A DNA stretch of 64,000 nt. It comes from Myxococcota bacterium. Its GTDB lineage: Bacteria; Myxococcota_A; Polyangia; Nannocystales; Nannocystaceae. The stretch covers positions 1 to 64,000 of the forward strand of contig JBCCHT010000027.1 in NCBI GenBank assembly GCA_039028615.1, given 5' to 3'. Shown piece after piece: positions 1-9,425 of the stretch. The position numbers were made by a program, and so were the translations under genes. Under the pieces are notes generated by a model that saw only the letters and a list, made by a program, of their open reading frames with translations, made no database searches and was not told the DNA's origin. Positions within the stretch are counted from its first letter, which is position 1. Every line of letters begins with the position of its first letter.

Positions 1-220
1 CGCGGCCTTTTTCTTGGTCGCCTTCTTCTTGGCGGCGGCTTTCTTCTTGGTCGCCTTCTTTTTCGCGGCCTTTTTCTTGGTCGCCTTCTTCTTGGCGGCG
101 GCTTTCTTCTTGGTCGCCTTCTTTTTCGCGGCCTTTTTCTTGGTCGCCTTCTTCTTGGCGGCCTTTTTCTTGGTCGCCTTCTTCTTGGCGGCGGTTTTCT
201 TCTTGGCGGCCTTCTTCTTG
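1..220 (-). repeat. Coding tandem repeat, ~63-bp (21-aa) period, encoding KKKATKKKAA-type units
   Basis: The unit beginning cgcggcctttttcttggtcgcc recurs at 1, 64 and 127 and then degenerates. Confidence 0.9.
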
Positions 221-1026
221 GCCTGGGCGGGCGCGTCGCTCTGCTCGACGGCAGGCTCTGCCGCAGGCTCGTCGGCGGCCGCTTCGTCGCTGCTGCCTCC
301 GTCGTCACTGTCGGACGACTCATCCGCGTCGGCCTCGCCAGAGTCGGCCGACTCCGTGTCCGAGGCATCGGCCTGCTCGGCCGAATCGCCGCCGTCTACG
401 ACCGCGTCGGCGCCATCCGAGTCACCGTCGTCGCCGGAGTCGTCGTCGCCACCGTCGTCCGATGCGGCTTCGTCGGCGCTCGAGTCGTCGTCGCCGGAAT
501 CACCGTCGTCGCTCGACGCGGCTTCCGAATCTCCGTCGTCGGACTCGGGCTCGTCGGCGGGCTCCTGCGCCGCAGAGTCGTCGGTGACATCGTCGGCGCC
601 ATCGCCATCGCCATCGCCATCGTCACCGCCGTCCGATTGCTCGGCATCGTCGGCCGGCTCGCCGCCGTCCTCGTCACGCGACTCGATCCACGCGGTCACG
701 AGTGCCTCGATGTCGGCCACGAGGGAGTCCGCGTGATCGGAGTCGGCGATTCGCATCGTACGGGCGGTGCTGCCCTCACCTTCGAGTGCAGGATGGTCGC
801 CGGGAATCTTGGCCCCGGTGTGGAACATCAGGCTGACGTGTTGCTGGCTCTTGGCGTTGAAGCTAGCCAGGTTGCCCTTGTACGTGAACGTCGGCGTACT
901 CCACTTGATGCACTCGCTCATTCGGGCGTCGGCACCGAGGATGATCTGCCGCACTCGAAGCATCGCGTCCTTGAGTGGGTTGTCCGATTCTTCGAACCAT
1001 GCAGCGACCTCGGGACTCTCGTTCAT
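1..1026 (-). CDS. DUF1801 (YdhG-like) domain fused to an acidic low-complexity linker and a histone H1-like Lys/Ala-rich tail; 3' end runs off the window
   Basis: Absent from the ORF track because there is no stop in the window. Manual translation from ATG 1026 gives MNESPEVAAWFEESDNPLKDAMLRVRQIILGADARMSECIKWSTPTFTYKGNLASF...HVSLMFHTGAKIPG (DUF1801-like IKW..P.F), then a D/E-rich stretch, then KKATKKKAA repeats in frame to base 1. Confidence 0.85.
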   Translation of the reverse strand, partial: MNESPEVAAWFEESDNPLKDAMLRVRQIILGADARMSECIKWSTPTFTYKGNLASFNAKSQQHVSLMFHTGAKIPGDHPALEGEGSTARTMRIADSDHADSLVADIEALVTAWIESRDEDGGEPADDAEQSDGGDDGDGDGDGADDVTDDSAAQEPADEPESDDGDSEAASSDDGDSGDDDSSADEAASDDGGDDDSGDDGDSDGADAVVDGGDSAEQADASDTESADSGEADADESSDSDDGGSSDEAAADEPAAEPAVEQSDAPAQAKKKAAKKKTAAKKKATKKKAAKKKATKKKAAKKKATKKKAAAKKKATKKKAAKKKATKKKAAAKKKATKKKAA

Positions 1027-1068
1027 GACAGCAGTCCTATCACGAAAACGAGACGCTTTGGATGGCCG

Positions 1069-4000
1069 TCACCCGGTGCCCATCACCACCACGAAGGCCG
1101 ACAGGCGAGAGACGTCGGAGGCCGCGACCTTGTTGAGCGCGGCGGCACAGGCCTCGGGGAGGCTGCGGCCCAGCGCCCAGTACAGATAGAAGCTCCGGCT
1201 GAAGTCGCGGGCGAAGGCCTCGGAAACGGCTCGGGTCGGGATCACCATAAAACCGGCCCCAACCGCCCGTAGCGCCTCGATTACGCCCCAGACGGCCGCA
1301 CCGTCGCCGGCTCCGGGCATCCGAGTAATGCCGCTGACGAAGACGCTGCTACCGGGGCGCCACCGCGAGCCGGCTCGGATCGTGGGCCCATCGAGGCGGG
1401 CCACACCCCCGGCGGAATCGGCCAGCGCCAAGCCACGACCGGAACCGTCTCCACCATAATAGAGGTGATCGATCTCGGCGGCCCGCTGAAGGACGGCCTC
1501 GACGGTGGGCGCCGAGTCCTGCACCTTCGCCAACTCGCGGGTCCGAGCTTGGACCGGTCGGTAGACCGCCTCCCCGATCTGTTCGCCGCGCCGCGCCAGT
1601 ACATCGACCCCCGCTCCGGCCGAGACCAACAAGCGCACCACGTCTTGCAGCTCCTCGACGGCGATCGCTGGATCTTCGGTCGAATCGGCATCTGCGACCA
1701 CGCAAAGCGCCTTTTGCGGCTTTTGCGCAACGAACGATTGTTGCGGAAGCTCGGCCAACGACGGGGCCAGCAACAGGCCCCGAGCTCGATGCAACAATGG
1801 CTTGCCGTCGATGCGAGCGGTGGCGAAGGGCAGCCCGGTCAGTCGCCCCGGAGCCAGCACGACGAGACGCCCGTCGATCGATCGCGACACGGCGGCCAGT
1901 GCCGGCGCCCACAGCCGCTCACCGAGATCTCTCGCGAGCTTGACCGTCGCTTCGATCCACGCCCGCTCGCAATCCTTGCGCTCGGCCCCGACCGCCTGTT
2001 GCAGGGCCAGGTAGCGTCGCCACCACCCCGGTGAGGTCCGCTCGCCCCACACCCACCGACGCACGGTCTCCCGCGTCAGCGGCAAGATGGCGTACTGCAG
2101 CCCTTCCTGCGAGGCGGCGACCACCACCGAGCCCCAGCGGGTCAGCGTCAGATCGACCGCCACCGCCTCGGGATTGGCCGCCGTGAACGCCTCGATCGCC
2201 GCTCGGGTGGCCGCGGGCGTGGCCGGAGGGGTCAGCTCGTGCCGGGCCTCGCGGGTCGGAGGGGGCAGCCGCCGCGCCAGGGGGTCGAGGTAGGCGGGGC
2301 TGAGCATCGTGGACCGCTCGGCCCGAGATCTCAGCGCCCGCAACGGGGGATTGGGCCGGAAGCGCTTCGCTCGGTTGACCGAGCGCAGCACCACGTCGGC
2401 CGGGCGACCCAGCTTGGCCTGGAACCACGCCAAGTCGCCGTAGACCCCGTCGAGCATCGCGGCGAGCTTGTCGGTGGACTCGAAGGCATGCCGTCGGGCC
2501 CAACGCTGTTCGCCGAGCAAGGCCGCCTGCTCGAGGACCACCGCCCCGCGGGTCAGCGCGCTCGGATCGCCCTCGTCCGCATGCTGGAGCAGCTGCGACT
2601 CGGCGTAGTCGCGGGCGGCCTCGACTGCGAGCCGGGCTGCACCGCCTTGAACGAAGGCACCACGGGCCGCCACGAACTGCTCGGCGGCGCGGGTCGGATC
2701 GTCGGGTCCGTCGCGCCCGAGGTACAGCTCGCCCAGCTGCCGCTGCACCCGGGCCCGAACGACTCGATCCGCGGCGACCGGCAGACGATGCAGCACCGCC
2801 TCGACGTCGCGGATGGCGTCGCGGCGGATCTCTTCGTCGTCGGGGCTGGCTCGCACGGCCAACATGGCGCTCTCGACGACCGCCCGCGCGTGGGCGACCG
2901 GCAGCGGCCGCAGGTGGATCTCCGCCTCCCGAAGCTCGGCCCGCGCCATCGCCAGCTGTTCCTCGCGATTGTCCCGCCGTAGCGAGTCGAGCCTCACGAA
3001 GGCCAAGTCGAGATGAAGGAGTCCGGCGAGCAGCTCGTCGGTGCCCCCCAAGCGCTCGAGCCCTCGACGATAGTCGGCGGCGGCCGCTTCTCGACGCGCC
3101 TCGGGGGCTCCCCGACGACACTCGCGACGCACGTTGCCCAGCGTCATCAAGTGCGCGCCGCCGTCGATCCGCATCAGGGGGTGCTCACGCACGCGCTCGG
3201 GCAGGCCGTCGTTCAGCGCCACCGCCCGCTCGGCCAACGCCATCGCGTGTTCTTCGTCCTCTTCGTCGATGACCAGCGGGCGCGCCAAGTAGACGGCGTA
3301 GTCGGCGAGCACCCGAGCCCGCACCACCACCGCATCGCTCAGCTCGCCGAGGGCCTCGTCGTACATCGCCCGGATCCGCCGATCCTGCTCGGCGACGTCG
3401 GTGCTTCGCCGACTGCGGAGCAGCGCCGCCATCTCGGCCAAGGTGCGGCCCCGGAGGATCGGATCCGGGCTCGCCTTCAGGGCCTCGAACCCCAGCTCGT
3501 AGGCCCGCACCGCTTCTTGGAGTCGATCCTCTCGCCAGCCCGCGAGGTGTCGCAGCAATCGAGCGCGGGTCAACATCAGATCCCGGGCCAGCCGCGGCAC
3601 CGAGCCGTCGACGATCCCGGGCAAACACCGATCGATCGCGCCCAGGGCCGACTGCAACGCGACCAGCGGATCGGCGGTCACATGCCAGTGCAGCTCCAGC
3701 GCCATCGCCCAGCGATTGACCACGATCGCCCGCTGCGGGTGCCCGAGCTCTTCGAAGTCCTGCCCCGTGGGTAAGCTGGCCAGGGCCTCCAACGCCGCCC
3801 GCCGGATCGCGGCCGAGCCATCATCGAGCAGGTGATAAAGAAGGTAGGCGCGACGGTGCAGGTTTCGCAGGGCGTCGGTCGTGCCGGCCGCCACCGTCCG
3901 CAGCGCATCGGTGAGCGGCCGCTGGCCAGCCACGATCTCCGAGCGCAGCGTCGCGCAGGTGTGGTCCAGCTCCGCATCGAGCCGATGCCACGGCTCGGCG

Positions 4001-4647
4001 AGCTCGGCCAACGCGGTGACCTCGAGCCGACGCCGACCCTGCGTGTCGTCGATGGCCACCGGAGTCTGGAGCCGCTGGCAGGCGACCGATTGCTCGTGCA
4101 GCCGCGTATAGAGGCTCATCTCCGGGCCGCGAACCTTGGCCCGCGCCGCAAGCCATGCGCTGAGCTCCGGCCAGGGCACGCGCTCGTCCTCTTCGAGTCG
4201 TCGCCGTCGCTGAGATACGGGAAGCCCTGAGACCTCCTTCATGATCGCCAAGATGCGATCGAGCCGGACGTGTAGTTCGGGTAACCGATCGATCTGCCAC
4301 GGCCACTGCGACCCTGGAGACATGGCCCGCGTCGCGAGCAGCACGTTCATCGAGGCCGACATGCGCCACGGCGCTTCGGCTTGCCATCGCAGGAATCCAT
4401 CGAGCGAGTCGATCGACTCCGCTGCGCGCATGGCCGCGTGGATCTCCGACAGCTGCCCGGCGACCTGCTCGAGCTTCGTCGCGACCTCGGGGGCCGTGCC
4501 GCGACACTCGACCGATTGCTCGGCCAGCTCATGGACCAGCTCGTGCTCTCGTGCCGACGCCGAGCGGGCCAGCAACGCGAGCACGGCTTCGTGCCCGGCG
4601 GCGTTCCACAGCTCCGCCAGCGCGGCCTGTCGCGCCGTCCGCTCCAC
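1069..4647 (-). CDS. Large helical (TPR-like) protein with C-terminal CHAT (caspase-like) domain, catalytic dyad apparently lost
   Basis: 1192 aa. CHAT-like motifs LAPGRLTGLPF, LLLAPSL, APTVEAVL, GLALAD and FSRSFY...LSAFVVVMG. The HG motif reads YGGDG and the SAC motif reads VSGI. Confidence 0.8.
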   Translation of the reverse strand: MERTARQAALAELWNAAGHEAVLALLARSASAREHELVHELAEQSVECRGTAPEVATKLEQVAGQLSEIHAAMRAAESIDSLDGFLRWQAEAPWRMSASMNVLLATRAMSPGSQWPWQIDRLPELHVRLDRILAIMKEVSGLPVSQRRRRLEEDERVPWPELSAWLAARAKVRGPEMSLYTRLHEQSVACQRLQTPVAIDDTQGRRRLEVTALAELAEPWHRLDAELDHTCATLRSEIVAGQRPLTDALRTVAAGTTDALRNLHRRAYLLYHLLDDGSAAIRRAALEALASLPTGQDFEELGHPQRAIVVNRWAMALELHWHVTADPLVALQSALGAIDRCLPGIVDGSVPRLARDLMLTRARLLRHLAGWREDRLQEAVRAYELGFEALKASPDPILRGRTLAEMAALLRSRRSTDVAEQDRRIRAMYDEALGELSDAVVVRARVLADYAVYLARPLVIDEEDEEHAMALAERAVALNDGLPERVREHPLMRIDGGAHLMTLGNVRRECRRGAPEARREAAAADYRRGLERLGGTDELLAGLLHLDLAFVRLDSLRRDNREEQLAMARAELREAEIHLRPLPVAHARAVVESAMLAVRASPDDEEIRRDAIRDVEAVLHRLPVAADRVVRARVQRQLGELYLGRDGPDDPTRAAEQFVAARGAFVQGGAARLAVEAARDYAESQLLQHADEGDPSALTRGAVVLEQAALLGEQRWARRHAFESTDKLAAMLDGVYGDLAWFQAKLGRPADVVLRSVNRAKRFRPNPPLRALRSRAERSTMLSPAYLDPLARRLPPPTREARHELTPPATPAATRAAIEAFTAANPEAVAVDLTLTRWGSVVVAASQEGLQYAILPLTRETVRRWVWGERTSPGWWRRYLALQQAVGAERKDCERAWIEATVKLARDLGERLWAPALAAVSRSIDGRLVVLAPGRLTGLPFATARIDGKPLLHRARGLLLAPSLAELPQQSFVAQKPQKALCVVADADSTEDPAIAVEELQDVVRLLVSAGAGVDVLARRGEQIGEAVYRPVQARTRELAKVQDSAPTVEAVLQRAAEIDHLYYGGDGSGRGLALADSAGGVARLDGPTIRAGSRWRPGSSVFVSGITRMPGAGDGAAVWGVIEALRAVGAGFMVIPTRAVSEAFARDFSRSFYLYWALGRSLPEACAAALNKVAASDVSRLSAFVVVMGTG

Positions 4648-4747
4648 TGCGAGAATCTTACCCTGGACGGAAGAGGGCTACGCCCGTGCACCCGGAGATC
4701 GATGTTCCGAGTGCTCGTGCGTAGCCCAACTTGTCCGGGCGGCGGCC

Positions 4748-5803
<1,056 letters not shown>

Positions 5804-6064
5804 CTAGTCGTGGGTCGAAGAGAAAATCAATCTGGAAATTGAGCATTGTCGCACGCCCCCTTGGCACCGCGAGAAGAGCACGCCAGGGACGATCGCCAAA
5901 TTCGCGCCCCCACCGGCCACAGTGCTTCCGGTGCGCTTTTTCACAGCATGCAAGCTCGATGGGTAGACGGCCCTCAAACGGGGCTCGTGACCTTGGCGCC
6001 GCACCTGCCCGGGCCTTCCACCGTGACCGGCCGAAATGATAGGGTCTTGAGGTTCGTTTCCGTC

Positions 6065-9000
6065 ATGGCCGAGGCCACCGCAGCGGAGTCCAACGAAGGC
6101 ACCGCGCCAACGCCCCGTCGCCCTCGTCGCAAGCACACCATCAACCTGTGTTGCGCCCAGAGCGTGCAGGAGCACGTCGAGGAAGTCGCTCGCAACCTGC
6201 GGGATCTCGGCTTCACGGTGCGGGTGGTCTTCGGGGCCAAGGCCCGGGCCGCACTGCTCGGCAGCAAGGCCGACAGCGCCACGCCGATGATCCACGTGGT
6301 GTGCGTGCAGGGCTCGCTGCAGGAGCGCGTGCTCAAGCCGCTGCGCCAGGCCCTGGCGACCCACGGCGCGGACAACCATCACCTCTTCGTCGCGGTCCTC
6401 GACCTGGCCGTGCCGCTGGCGATGGTCGGGCAGATCCGTCGCTTCGCCGAGGCCCTCGAGCGCCCCGACGCCGGCAAGATGGTCGACGCGGCCGACCGGG
6501 GCCAGCGACGACCGACCACCCGTGAGCTCGAGCAGGGCGCCACGCGCAACTTCCCCGCCGTCACCCAGGTCGTCGAGCGCCCCGGCACACGGCCTCCGCC
6601 CGGCTCCGGTTCCGAGGATGGCGAGCGGCCGCGTCGGCGAGCCAAGTCGCTGACCTCCCGGGCTCGCGCCGCCAAGATCGGGCCCACCTCGAAGTACCGC
6701 GCCGTCACGGCCAGCCATGCCGCCGTGCCCGTGGCCGAGAGCGGTGGCTCTCGGGTCCGCAAGCGTCGTCGCGGTCGCTCTCGCCTCAACCCCGGTGCCG
6801 GCCGCCGTGGCTCCGGGCGCGTGCTCGGCCTGCCCGAGGCTCAGCCCAGCAAGCCCCCGCCTCCGCCCGCGCCCGGCGAGATGGCCCGGCGCCGCAGCTC
6901 GACCACGATGCGAGCGGTGGGCGATGGTCCTCCGCCTCCGCCTCCGCCCAAGTCGAAGGACAAGCCGGAGCCCGACGCACCCAAGCGGCGCTACGACCCG
7001 AAGCTCCGGTTCACGCCGCCGGCGAGCAAGTCGGGGCCCATGGCCAGCAAGATGAGTGGCCACTACGCGACCGTGCCCCTGGCCGAGTCGCTATCCGACG
7101 AGCCCGACCCCCCCGAGGACATCGAGCAGACCCGGGTCGAGGGCATGAGCGCCCCCGCGCCGCGCACCGAGTCCACGCTGAAGCTCGACGAGCCGCCCTT
7201 CAAGGAGAACAAGCCCGACATCAGCACCTCGCGCTACGGCCAGGACGAGCTGCGGGCCAGCATCGCGTCGGTGTCGAAGCCCGAGCCCGATGCCGATGCC
7301 CCGGTGCAGACCTCCCACGCCACGAGTTCGGGGAGCATGGTCGCCCCCGAGATGGGCGACCCCTCGGCGTCCACCAGCGGCACCGTGCACGCGCCGACCG
7401 GCCCCCAGCTGCTGACCCCCGAGCGCCCGGCCAAGAAAACCGTGCTGTACCAGGAGTCGATCGACGAGGAGGCTGCGGCCGAATCCAGCGGCGATGACGA
7501 TGGCGACGGCGATGGCGACGAAGAGGTCTCGGAGACCTCGAAGACCCTGATGCCTTCGTCCCGCCCGGGTGGCGCGGGCGAGGACGAGATCGCCGAGAGC
7601 GACAAGACGGTGATGCTCGCCGACGGGGGCTTCCCCGATGCGGCCGCGCTGAGCGACTCCGCCGTGCGCCCGGTGGTGCGGCTCGACTCCGAGGAGGTGG
7701 AGCTCAAGTCCCCGCGCCGACCGGACGAGCGCAAGTCCACCGTGTTCTACGGCGAAGAGCCCGACGACGACGGCGACGACATCGAGGCGCCCGAAGAGAC
7801 CGACAAGACCGTCGTGATGCAGGCGAGCCTCACCGGCGATGCCAGCTCGGACGACGACGACGACGACGAGCCCGACACCCAGGAGGAAACGGTCGTCGAC
7901 GCCAAGGCGCCCTCCGAAGACACCGTCGTGGGTGCGAGTTCCTCTCGCAACGAAGGCACCGTCGTCGATGGCGTGGCGCTGCCCCCCGACGAGCAGCACG
8001 AAGAGACGGTCGTCGACGCCAAAGCACCGACCTCCGAAGACTCGGACGAGCCCGACGAGGACGATGACGACGCCATGGCCGTCGCCCCGGTCACCGGCAA
8101 GACGGTGGTTCCCACCGACTCCACCGATGGCGAGTCGGACGACGGCGACGAGCCAGCCGAGGCCGCCGCGTCGGACGACGACGGGGAAGTCTCGGAGACC
8201 GCCACCACCCGCAAGCCCGAGTCCCAGCTCCCGACCGAGCCCCACACTCACCTCGGTGCCGTCGAAGCGGCGCGAGGCGACGCTCCGGGCCAGGACGACG
8301 AGGACTCCTCCGTCTTCGAGGACCGACCCACCCGCCGTCGCATCCCCCCGCAGTTTCCCGACCCGGCCCGTGCGGCCGGAGTCAACAAGACCAAGGTCAC
8401 CTCGTCCGGCACGATCGCCGCCAAGGGGCCCGAAGCCCAGCCCGAACAGGAGCGCTCGGGCAGCGGCCTCATCTGGCTGGTGCTGCTGTTCGTCGTCATC
8501 GGAGGCGGTGGCTACGCGGCCTACCAAGCCGGGCTCTTCGGGCCCGGCGCGTCGAAGTCCGGCGCGGGCACGGTGGCGGCCCGCGACTCGGCCAAGGACC
8601 CCGGCAAGAGCAAAGACTCGGCGGGCGAAGCCGCCGCGAGTGCAGGCACGAAAGCCGCCGCCGACGGTGGAAAAGCCGCGGCTGCGGATGGAGCCGACGC
8701 CGACACGCCGAAGCCCGCCGCCGACGATGCGGCCGAGCCCGCCGATGACGGTGCGCCGGCCGACGCAAACGCTGGCTCGACGGGCAGCGCCGCCGCAGCG
8801 GACGCGGGCGCCGACGATGCGGCCGAGCCCGATGCGGGCACGACCGGTACCGCGGAGGCAGCCGACGCGGGTGCAGCCGACGACACAGCGGAAGCACCCG
8901 CCGCGGCCGACGATGGCGCGACTGAGGTCCCGGCCGAGCCCGAGACCCCGGCCGAGCCCGAGACCCCGGCCGAGCCCGAGCCTCCGGCCCCCGAGCCCGA

Positions 9001-9400
9001 GCCCGCCGTCACGCCGCCCGCCCCCGAGCCTTCGCTCGATGGCGACGAGCAGGTCCTGGCCAAGGCCGCGGACGAGCGCCGCATCGTGATGCTCAAGACC
9101 TTGTTCGCCTCGCGACGCCAAGGCGGCTCCACCACGTGGGGCGGCGGTGGCCGACGATGCTCCGAGTTCGAGGTCGACGGCGTCCGCGGCTGGCGGCTCC
9201 CCCATCGCCGCGAGATGAAGCTGCTCAACGCCGTGCTCCCGCTGCCTGGTGGCATCTACTGGACCAAGACGGTCCCCAAAGACGACCGTCAGGCCGCCTA
9301 CGTGCTCGACACCGCGACCGGCGGGCTCTCGCTGTTCCTCAAGCAGGAGCCCACCGGCGAGGTCATCTGCGTGCGGCGTCGGGCCAAGTCCAAGAAGTAG
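6065..9400 (+). CDS. Single-pass membrane protein: small alpha/beta (TIR-like?) N-domain, long disordered Pro/acidic region, TM helix, Ala/Pro linker, C-terminal DUF1566/Lcl-like domain
   Basis: ORF 5846-9400, probable start ATG 6065. TM segment LIWLVLLFVVIGGGGYAAY; C-terminal GWRLPHRRE...IYWT...VICVR. Confidence 0.7.
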   Translation: MAEATAAESNEGTAPTPRRPRRKHTINLCCAQSVQEHVEEVARNLRDLGFTVRVVFGAKARAALLGSKADSATPMIHVVCVQGSLQERVLKPLRQALATHGADNHHLFVAVLDLAVPLAMVGQIRRFAEALERPDAGKMVDAADRGQRRPTTRELEQGATRNFPAVTQVVERPGTRPPPGSGSEDGERPRRRAKSLTSRARAAKIGPTSKYRAVTASHAAVPVAESGGSRVRKRRRGRSRLNPGAGRRGSGRVLGLPEAQPSKPPPPPAPGEMARRRSSTTMRAVGDGPPPPPPPKSKDKPEPDAPKRRYDPKLRFTPPASKSGPMASKMSGHYATVPLAESLSDEPDPPEDIEQTRVEGMSAPAPRTESTLKLDEPPFKENKPDISTSRYGQDELRASIASVSKPEPDADAPVQTSHATSSGSMVAPEMGDPSASTSGTVHAPTGPQLLTPERPAKKTVLYQESIDEEAAAESSGDDDGDGDGDEEVSETSKTLMPSSRPGGAGEDEIAESDKTVMLADGGFPDAAALSDSAVRPVVRLDSEEVELKSPRRPDERKSTVFYGEEPDDDGDDIEAPEETDKTVVMQASLTGDASSDDDDDDEPDTQEETVVDAKAPSEDTVVGASSSRNEGTVVDGVALPPDEQHEETVVDAKAPTSEDSDEPDEDDDDAMAVAPVTGKTVVPTDSTDGESDDGDEPAEAAASDDDGEVSETATTRKPESQLPTEPHTHLGAVEAARGDAPGQDDEDSSVFEDRPTRRRIPPQFPDPARAAGVNKTKVTSSGTIAAKGPEAQPEQERSGSGLIWLVLLFVVIGGGGYAAYQAGLFGPGASKSGAGTVAARDSAKDPGKSKDSAGEAAASAGTKAAADGGKAAAADGADADTPKPAADDAAEPADDGAPADANAGSTGSAAAADAGADDAAEPDAGTTGTAEAADAGAADDTAEAPAAADDGATEVPAEPETPAEPETPAEPEPPAPEPEPAVTPPAPEPSLDGDEQVLAKAADERRIVMLKTLFASRRQGGSTTWGGGGRRCSEFEVDGVRGWRLPHRREMKLLNAVLPLPGGIYWTKTVPKDDRQAAYVLDTATGGLSLFLKQEPTGEVICVRRRAKSKK

Positions 9401-9425
9401 CCGTCGCTCGCCTATAGTGGGGTTC

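Noticed and set aside
1..220. Regular repeats as a possible CRISPR array
   Set aside because: There are no unique spacers; the period is a multiple of 3 and lies inside a coding frame.
14..736. 240-aa Phe/Ala/Ser-rich plus-strand ORF resembling a membrane protein
   Set aside because: It is the antisense shadow of the Lys/Ala and acidic repeats of the real minus-strand gene.
8930..9030. 18-bp tandem repeats (PAEPET)
   Set aside because: An ordinary Pro/Glu linker within a CDS.
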